From positions 38,690,001 to 38,754,000 of the forward strand of contig NC_087251.1 of the NCBI RefSeq assembly GCF_037042905.1: DNA of 64,000 nt, in the 5' to 3' direction. This document shows positions 52,301-57,284 of the stretch, piece by piece (within the stretch, counting starts at the first letter, position 1; each line of letters opens with the position of its first letter). Below the pieces are notes generated by a model. That model was given only the letters and a program-made list of their open reading frames with translations. It was not told where the DNA came from and ran no database searches. A program made the translations under genes and the position numbers. The DNA is from Lytechinus pictus (lineage: Eukaryota).

Positions 52301-54813
52301 AACTATTCATAGAACCTGAACCATATAGTAGAGTGTTTTTCTGGCCGTTGTTTAATTTTAGATGGCACGTAGTCTGGGGCGTGATGCATCCCCATCCAAT
52401 CCTAAACTTCAACGTACATGGCGGAGAAGCATGGAGTACTGTTTAGCGAGGTTGGCGATAGAAGGACTTTGTCGTTAGATTGTTTGATTCTCCGGAGTAT
52501 GACCTTTTCGTCAAAGACGGAACAAAGTGGTGAAGTATGAAATTGAGACAGTGAGCGTGAATGGATCCTTTGAACAATTATTATATGCGCATATTTTCCT
52601 TTGATTATCAGAAATGGTTCAGAATAGAATGTAATTAATAGTGGAATTGAATACCGATGTTAGATGGTTATTAGATATCAAATAAATGAGTTGGTATTGG
52701 ATTAAGAGGTTTAGAAAGATCACGATCAGGTCAGTGAAGGATCTGTTTTGTGCTTGTTAGCCTTAGTGGCAGTTACGGTTGTGCAGCGTAGAAATTGTTT
52801 GAAGAAAATTGTTATTTGGAGAGAGATATAGCATAGTATGCTTTGGAAATAAAGAATCTGATTTAAAGGCATGGCTGATGTGAATATTGTTTTTATTTAA
52901 TTGTTCCCATGTGACACTCGCACATATCTCACAAGCAGTTGCCTGCACAAGTGGAAGCATGTCTGATTTGCATGCAGAAAAGTTTTGAACATGCTCAAAA
53001 CTTTGTCTCATTGTTCCGTGCAAGCGTTGCGGGTGATTGCCCGCAACTCACCCGCAATGCTTGCACCAAACAATGAGACAGACCTTAAGAAACAAAGGTG
53101 ATGTGGACATATATTTGAAGAGGAAACATACAGATATAAGTAAATGCTCCACAGCCTCTATTTTGATAACTCTGAATAAGATTGTGAAATGTGATAAAAT
53201 TTTCATTGAAATTATTGTTTATAACAAGAATTTGGTTAATAAACACCTTATTTCCACAGATGCAGATGGGTTTAGCTCTCAAGCATATGTTCCAGTTATT
53301 CATCAATTCACCTTATGAATAGTATTATCAAACAAGTGTAGATTGGGTATTGGGAGATAATTACAATGGGAGATTTCAAGTTCAGTGTTGAGCTTTTGGT
53401 GTTGGTGATGGGCTACTCTTTATATGATCAAAGCACAAACCTAAAAATAAGACTGATCTTCGAATATGCCTCACTTGGTGTTGAGTTATCAATAATGTGA
53501 TTTTGACCATTTTTATTCTCTGATCAGGTTTTGGAGCTATGAAAGGCAAACAAATAGACCTTAACATCAATACCAGAACTAACAGTGAACTTGAAAACAC
53601 CAAATATTCTTGGTACTTTACCTTGTTTTCTAGGTTTGAATAGGTTGACAAGATGCTGAAAGATCCTCTGAATGTATGGATTTGGATCTTTGCTCAGTGG
53701 TGTGGGTAAGCTGGGCTGGGGTATGGTCAATGCTTTTAGCCATTCACAGTATACACTCACACAATCTCGAATTGCTTCATGTTCGTTCAAGGGGAGGCTC
53801 AGCCCATAGCAAATCACCTGGTAAAATAAAAAGTATGAATCAAATGTGATTTTTTAATCATAATGCACCACCCATAGTATGTCAATTATGATTATCGCCA
53901 TGATATTCTAATCATTTGCAGTTTTATTGCCATGGAAATCATCTCAATTTTGCTCATTATTTCTCTCTTACACTACTATTGCAAAAGTACAGAATTCAGA
54001 AAAAATATGTCTGTTCCAACAAGGATATTGAAATTGAATGAAAACAGGTGTTGAACTGATCAAAACAATTATCAAGCGTGTTGGTCAATTAAAGCCTTTA
54101 GGCATACATCAGCTTTGTCTTTGACTGTTGTTTTATAGATCTAGAATAGATCTCACCCGATGCGTTTATGCCAAGGACTCGAAGGAGGGCCCTGCATTGT
54201 ATACATCCAGATCCTTTAATTTTAAACACCAATTTCATTTTGTCCCAATGTGTAACTTGTATTAAGCAGAATACATCATGCTTAGATTTAGAAACACCCA
54301 TATCAAGTCCACTAGGCCTTAGTATAAATGTCTTGTATCACTATCATTATCATTTATTGACACACTGTATTCTATTGTCAATGTCATTGATGGCAGCTTT
54401 TTTTATCTGCAATTCTGTCATGAATGACATGAATCATGATTAATGATTGATGAATGACCATTTTGGAGATAAAAAACTAGATCTAGGCCCTAATTAAAAT
54501 TAAAATTAGATCACTTTTTAATTGTTAAACGAAGATATAGCGTACAAAGGGTTAACAGTGCCAGCTTTCCTATCATGCCTATAATTACCTCCATTGTCCA
54601 CTCTACTTGTTTCTCTGATTCAAGTGGATTACATGCAGCAGACCCATCCCCTCTCTGCTGGAGAGCTGCCAGCGACGCCGTACTTGCGGCCAACTGCTTC
54701 ACCACCGACACGGCCACATCTCTCCCCACAGTTTCAGGAAACGTATGGAGAACACTGTGATTGCTTTGGTCCGTTTCGATCGCCTCTTGCAAAGAAGCCC
54801 ATCCAGAATACAT
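7237..54813 (-). CDS. RALGAPB: Ral GTPase-activating protein subunit beta; whole spliced CDS, 27 exons, about 1559 aa with the cassette exon
   Basis: Exon translations follow RALGAPB order from [29 protein letters not shown] to [27 protein letters not shown]; exon lengths sum to 4680 nt with compatible phases at every junction. Confidence 0.95.
7496..7640. mobile_element. Palindromic MITE, PIF/Harbinger-like (CWG target duplication)
   Basis: TIR GGG(T/C)CCGTTGCAGAAAGAGTTGCG; CTG on both sides; second copy at 17268-17413. Confidence 0.8.
8115..8231 (-). CDS. RALGAPB: RALGAPB coding exon 26 (GC donor)
   Basis: [34 protein letters not shown]. Confidence 0.9.
8284..8423. mobile_element. Small MITE, TIR CAGGGATGCCAGTC
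   Basis: Inverted ends; flanks tttcaa / tctcaa (near 6-bp duplication). Confidence 0.65.
9027..9171 (-). CDS. RALGAPB: RALGAPB coding exon 25
   Basis: [17 protein letters not shown]. Confidence 0.9.
9734..10006 (-). CDS. RALGAPB: RALGAPB coding exon 24
   Basis: [21 protein letters not shown]. Confidence 0.9.
10555..10692 (-). CDS. RALGAPB: RALGAPB coding exon 23
   Basis: [25 protein letters not shown]. Confidence 0.92.
10893..11041. mobile_element. ~150-bp MITE family (gggtgtttcataaagctgttcgtaag...cttacgaacagctttatgaaac); copies also near 7785-7930, 13888-14060, 14062-14198 and 21695-21872
   Basis: Terminal inverted repeats and shared internal aaggatcaccagtc. Confidence 0.8.
11313..11466 (-). 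CDS. RALGAPB: RALGAPB coding exon 22
   Basis: [28 protein letters not shown]. Confidence 0.92.
11576..12071. mobile_element. Fold-back MITE (related decayed copy near 22975-23481)
   Basis: aaagggggagtttaccgtga...tcagggtgaacttcccattt with long internal inverted symmetry. Confidence 0.7.
12137..12308. mobile_element. MITE with TIR TAGTCT..AGGCACAGAC; inverted copy near 22785-22975
   Basis: The two copies align in opposite orientation (cagagtctga..gagactagatt..ctgtggct). Confidence 0.7.
13031..13204 (-). CDS. RALGAPB: RALGAPB coding exon 21 (start of the GAP-like domain)
   Basis: [28 protein letters not shown]. Confidence 0.92.
13580..13826 (-). CDS. RALGAPB: RALGAPB coding exon 20
   Basis: [32 protein letters not shown]. 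Confidence 0.92.
14705..14829 (-). CDS. RALGAPB: RALGAPB coding exon 19
   Basis: [25 protein letters not shown]. Confidence 0.88.
14879..15055. mobile_element. Tc1/mariner/pogo-like MITE (TA|CAGTGAAACCTGT); fragments near 19125 and 35510-35628
   Basis: TA-flanked terminus and internal aggtggtcttta motifs. Confidence 0.55.
15458..15549 (-). CDS. RALGAPB: RALGAPB coding exon 18
   Basis: [20 protein letters not shown]. Confidence 0.9.
15979..16153 (-). CDS. RALGAPB: RALGAPB coding exon 17
   Basis: [28 protein letters not shown]. Confidence 0.92.
17039..17209 (-). CDS. RALGAPB: RALGAPB coding exon 16
   Basis: [35 protein letters not shown]. Confidence 0.92.
17268..17413. mobile_element. MITE of the same family as 7496-7640, followed by related MITEs to about 17690
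   Basis: Same TIRs; CAG on both sides. Confidence 0.8.
18586..18752 (-). CDS. RALGAPB: RALGAPB coding exon 15
   Basis: [27 protein letters not shown]. Confidence 0.93.
19823..21415. repeat. Transposon-like segment containing 5-6 tandem ~235-bp units
   Basis: cctctacaaatctagagagtatgatgaaaatgac recurs near 20270, 20563, 20793, 21036 and 21261; begins TTAA|GGACGTTCCAC. Confidence 0.8.
21469..21609 (-). CDS. RALGAPB: RALGAPB coding exon 14
   Basis: [36 protein letters not shown]; a second in-frame acceptor 6 nt upstream is also possible. Confidence 0.9.
22031..22420. mobile_element. MITE with ~50-bp imperfect TIRs (GGCCAC(C/T)G(T/C)ACACCTTAC)
   Basis: Terminal inverted repeats visible at both ends. 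Confidence 0.7.
24076..24475. mobile_element. Fold-back MITE with short internal repeats
   Basis: ttgccaactcgtc(t/c)act...agtggacgagttggcaa inverted arms. Confidence 0.75.
24586..25088. mobile_element. Non-autonomous DNA transposon, TIR CAGA(G/C)CTGCCAA, 6-bp TSD CATCAA
   Basis: Close copy at 43310-43728; TSD at 24580-24585 and 25089-25094. Confidence 0.85.
25468..26448 (+). mobile_element. Helentron-associated (HINE/DINE-1-like) element with ~162-bp core repeats and a (GCC)n microsatellite
   Basis: Subterminal IR GTCTCACCTGCAT (25490) / ATGCAGGTGAGAC (26432); 3' hairpin; tgacctttgaccttg at 25682, 25845, 26007 and 26199; inserted in an A run. Confidence 0.8.
26777..30439. mobile_element. 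Large non-autonomous DNA transposon, TIR CATACCTGCCAAC, carrying nested insertions
   Basis: catacctgccaac at 26777 and gttggcaggtatg ending at 30439; subterminal tcggaat repeats; no clean TSD. Confidence 0.7.
26789..28809. mobile_element. hAT-like non-autonomous element (CAGGGTTG...CAACCCTG, 8-bp TSD CCTGCCAA)
   Basis: TSD at 26781-26788 and 28810-28817; subterminal aaaacgtttt repeats. Confidence 0.85.
30605..31158. mobile_element. Tc1/mariner-type MITE
   Basis: TA|CAGTTGAGGC...GCCTCAACTG|TA. Confidence 0.75.
31908..32676. mobile_element. piggyBac-type non-autonomous element
   Basis: TTAA|CCCTAA...TTAGGG|TTAA; subterminal GnTTGAATCAACn palindromes at both ends. Confidence 0.8.
34125..34175 (-). 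CDS. RALGAPB: RALGAPB candidate 51-nt cassette exon 13
   Basis: TTTGTAG acceptor, [26 protein letters not shown] donor; symmetric phase 1-1; GC-richer than its flanks. Confidence 0.55.
35655..35725 (-). CDS. RALGAPB: RALGAPB coding exon 12
   Basis: TGCAG acceptor, [29 protein letters not shown] donor; supplies the phase 2 to 1 change needed between exons 11 and 14. Confidence 0.75.
36551..36647 (-). CDS. RALGAPB: RALGAPB coding exon 11
   Basis: [14 protein letters not shown] resembles GAMLNIVQDSALLE; phases fit. Confidence 0.85.
37135..37510 (-). repeat. ~141-bp tandem triplication of the 3' part of exon 10 plus its donor
   Basis: Near-identical units with donor-position sequence at 37421, 37280 and 37141. 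Confidence 0.92.
37426..37557 (-). CDS. RALGAPB: RALGAPB coding exon 10
   Basis: [32 protein letters not shown]; donor GTAAGT. Confidence 0.9.
38079..38313 (+). mobile_element. tRNA-derived SINE
   Basis: A-box tggtccagtggttagagc, B-box-like gagtttgaatccc, non-tRNA body. Confidence 0.6.
38335..38416 (-). mobile_element. tRNA-like SINE head or tRNA pseudogene
   Basis: Minus strand tggctcattggataag...ggttcgaatcc; the anticodon stem does not pair. Confidence 0.55.
38446..38543 (-). CDS. RALGAPB: RALGAPB coding exon 9
   Basis: [20 protein letters not shown]. Confidence 0.92.
39412..39554 (-). CDS. RALGAPB: RALGAPB coding exon 8
   Basis: [36 protein letters not shown]. Confidence 0.9.
40003..40274 (-). 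CDS. RALGAPB: RALGAPB coding exon 7
   Basis: [33 protein letters not shown]; the acceptor position is less certain. Confidence 0.88.
42201..42786. mobile_element. Fold-back MITE with TTAA TSD (Kolobok-like ends); fragments near 27975-28230 and 46303-46550
   Basis: TTAA|AGGTCAAGCCCACCCC...GGGGTGGACTTGTCCT|TTAA with long inverted arms. Confidence 0.82.
43310..43728. mobile_element. Second copy of the same family, 6-bp TSD GTACAT
   Basis: TSD at 43304-43309 and 43729-43734. Confidence 0.85.
45708..46220 (-). CDS. RALGAPB: RALGAPB coding exon 6 (Ser/Thr-rich 3' part)
   Basis: [19 protein letters not shown] motif; acceptor TTTCAG, donor GTATGT. Confidence 0.88.
46700..46945 (-). repeat. Two degenerate copies of the 3' end of exon 5
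   Basis: aatgcatcta(c/t)aag..ctttcatag..gaat recurs near 46708, 46861 and 47299. Confidence 0.8.
46976..47267 (+). mobile_element. Full-length tRNA-derived SINE with (ATT)n tail
   Basis: A-box tggcccagtgg, B-box ggttcgaatcc, body, terminal attattatt. Confidence 0.85.
47294..47548 (-). CDS. RALGAPB: RALGAPB coding exon 5
   Basis: [51 protein letters not shown]. Confidence 0.92.
48026..48259 (-). CDS. RALGAPB: RALGAPB coding exon 4
   Basis: [45 protein letters not shown]. Confidence 0.93.
48588..49364 (+). CDS. C-terminal fragment of a Penelope-like ORF (post-RT linker plus GIY-YIG endonuclease)
   Basis: [81 protein letters not shown]. Confidence 0.9.
   Translation, partial: SARNLQKHLCARGRGARAVQLAINKVRSLPRSEVLKPKSDKETTDRIPLVTTFHPNLLPLRKILCDNHHILHTSDRLQQAVPDTPLLAYRRPPNLRDLIVRAEVPSLTNHSSPIQHGTFKCTSNRCIICEIHLHEGDTFTSNSTSLSHQIKGNITCTTTNVVYLITCRVCRVQYIGETKTTLKKRFYGHISTVNTAKLDTPVGRHFNIPNHSITDMMLQGIESLGTRPDSVRTSREKLWMRRLRTTQPHGLNIQEGND
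50278..50316 (+). ncRNA. Minimal hammerhead-ribozyme-like motif
   Basis: GCCT-CCGACGA-A-GATTCT(gct)AGGATC-GAAA-GCTT-AGGC: stem I, variant core, stem II, and palindromic AGCT in place of helix III. Confidence 0.7.
50821..50985 (-). CDS. RALGAPB: RALGAPB coding exon 3
   Basis: [34 protein letters not shown] boundaries. Confidence 0.92.
51224..53086. mobile_element. TIR element interrupted by a ~1.5-kb unrelated, decayed segment
   Basis: aggccctgtcacatcgttttgtgcaa at the left; ttgcaccaaacaatgagacagacct at the right. Confidence 0.5.
53622..53817 (-). CDS. RALGAPB: RALGAPB coding exon 2
   Basis: [33 protein letters not shown] boundaries. Confidence 0.92.
54589..54813 (-). CDS. RALGAPB: RALGAPB coding exon 1
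   Basis: ATG at 54813, [34 protein letters not shown]...VEWTME; donor GTAATT. Confidence 0.92.
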
Positions 54814-54959
54814 CTTCTAATGTTATTAAATACAGACTCAAGAAGCTAGAAATGTGAATAAATCAAAGTATTTCACACAATACCATAATAAACTTTTTCA
54901 AAACTGTCATTCTTTAGTCCTTGTTTTGGTTCACTCGGTGTTGTTTTGCATTTCACAAT

Positions 54960-55555
54960 TCACGCCCTCTGCGGCGCTAGCGATTTGAGATCAATCGAAA
55001 AGAAAAATTGAGAGAAGAGCCAGGAAAAAATGAGGTTCCGGGCGAAAAGATGCGTTCTTACTCTTACTTTATGCGTTGCGGTATTTTTCATGCTCAGGAC
55101 ATTGATGTTTATCCCAGAGATGTCGGAGGAGGAAAAGAGAATGATAGGTGAAGAAAGGGGAAAGCGCAGAAAGGACGTAAGTATACTGCTGACCTGTCGA
55201 CTTTTTGATTTCCGTAGTCCCATGTCCTGCATGTTTGTGTTGGGTAACTCCGTCGCCGACTAGGCCTAATTCGGCGGCGGCGCGCTGCTCGCGGAGGTGA
55301 GCTGGGGCTCAGCTCAGGCTCGTCTCAAGTACCGGTACCTCAACTTCCTCAAGCAGGCGCGTAGCGGGGGGGGGGGGGGGGGGGGGCGGTCGCCCCCCAA
55401 AACGCTCCCAAAAAGAAAAAAAAGGAGAAAAAGAAAAAGCGAAAGGAGTATCAAAAGGGAAGAAAGGTATAGTAGTATACCTCGGGCTCGGGCGATGTTC
55501 GTCAGTAGTGAGTAGAGGCGCACGGCCAATATGGGAGACTCTCTCCAATACTATA
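54960..55555 (-). promoter_or_regulatory. CpG-rich promoter / non-coding first exon region of RALGAPB
   Basis: Sharp rise in GC and CpG just upstream of the acceptor at 54846-54847; candidate donor GGC|GTGAAT near 54963; CCAAT motifs at 55526 and 55545. Confidence 0.55.
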
Positions 55556-55559
55556 GGGG

Positions 55560-55836
55560 TATGGTGTTAGGGGATTAGTAGTAATTAAGCACACAACATC
55601 ACATGACCCACCGGCGGGACGAACCGTAACACAAGACCCGCATTCAGCTTTACAACACACACATACCGGTATTCTACACACGCCACTCAACCACATCACT
55701 CCATACTCAACCCCCGAGAGGTACAGACGTCCTGAGAGCTGTGCATAACAAGAATAAGGTAAGGCTTTCTCCCGGTGTGAAGTTTATATGTGTATAGCGA
55801 GTGTATTATTATTTATGTTATCGGCCCCCCGCTTTA
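55560..55836 (+). repeat. 5' LTR (277 bp)
   Basis: Direct repeat of 61790-62070; TATGG...CTTTA. Confidence 0.93.
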
Positions 55837-55837
55837 C

Positions 55838-55850
55838 TGGCGACGAGGAT
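55838..55850 (+). promoter_or_regulatory. Primer-binding site complementary to the 3' end of tRNA-Ser(GCT)
   Basis: TGGCGACGAGGAT is the reverse complement of ATCCTCGTCG-CCA; lies 1 nt after the 5' LTR. Confidence 0.85.
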
Positions 55851-56439
55851 TAAAGCGATTTTTATTTTATTTTCGGCAAAACATTTTCTTTACTTCGCCA
55901 CAGCCAACGCCGTTGCAGAATCTGCGTTGGCCGTGGCCGAATATAAAAAAGCCGCCGCCATCTTGAAAATTTTAGGCTTTTTATTAATTTGAGCTGTTTG
56001 ACTCTGTTTTGTCCATAATATTAAATAAAACAAAAAGTAACATATTATTTTAGTTTGAGATTTCATTTTTTGGTGGAAAAAGTTTGATTTTTAGTTCCGT
56101 AAATATACTCTATTTTTTTACCGATCGGCACTGCCGTGCTGGCCTTGAAGGAATTCAGCGGCTAGCTCGACAGGAGCTAATCGGATTTTTTTGGACAAAA
56201 CATTATACGTTGTACTATTTAGGGTAAATATCCACTCATTTTGTTGACCATATATTTAGCTGTTCCCTCGTTAGGATATATTTTTGTGGCCACCGAGTGT
56301 GATTGACTTTGATGAAATTTTGATTGCGTTTGACTGTGTTTACCGTATGTGGTGTGAATGTATTGCTGAATATTATTGATGTTGTGAGTTGATTATTTTA
56401 TTACAAGCCTGAATTTGCTTTTCTCCTTTGACCGCCGCG

Positions 56440-56800
56440 CTGCTGCTGCTGTTGTTAGTATTTTTTTGTAATTATATTTCTGGGTGTTTTTTGGAGAAAA
56501 CACCAGAAATTTGCTGCTGCTGCTGTTAATTGTTAGGAATTTATTATTTTTGGTCACGCGTCTCAGGAGATAAGGAAATTCAGTCTTGTATTAATTATTT
56601 TGTTGTTGCTGCTGCTGCTGTATTGAATATTTTGCTGCTGTTGCTGTGCTGTTGTATTGTTGCTGCTGCTGCTGTATTGAATATTTTGTTGTTTATTGCT
56701 GCTGCCGTTGTGTAATTGAATTGTTGCTGCTGCTGTTGTATAATATATTTTGTTGCTGCTGCTGCCGTTGAGTGAATGCTGTGAGCTGTGCTGCTGACAT
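56440..56800 (+). repeat. Interrupted (GCT)n/(GTT)n minisatellite in the LTR-element leader
   Basis: Repeated ttgctgctgctgctg(t)attgaatattt units. Confidence 0.85.
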
Positions 56801-57284
56801 TTGTATTAAATTCATATTCAATCAATTAATTATAAATTGTATAATTAAATAAATTTTGTATATATTTAGATAAATTGTACTTGTAAATATTAACTTTTGT
56901 TCAAAAAACAGAAAAAAAATAAATAAATAATAAGAATTTATTTATTTGAAATTATTTCTATATATTTTTCATATCTTTCTTTGAATTTGAACAAGTGAGC
57001 GTTCGATTGTTTGCATTTTTTCTTTTCTTTCCTAAGAATTAAATCATACAGGAATTTTATTTTTAGGCAAAGGTAGCCTCTGGATTTTAATTTAATAACA
57101 TCCTCAGGATATTGTGAGGTTAGTTCTGTTAATTCTCTTTCATTTTTTTTTTCAAAAAGTTAATTTTGTCCCAGATTTATTTTGATTTTATCCGCAAGAC
57201 AAAGTAGTCTGCAGGATAATTTTTGGTTGATTACAGTTCAATTTTGGAATTTAATTTTTGTTACTGATTAATTTCTACATCAAG

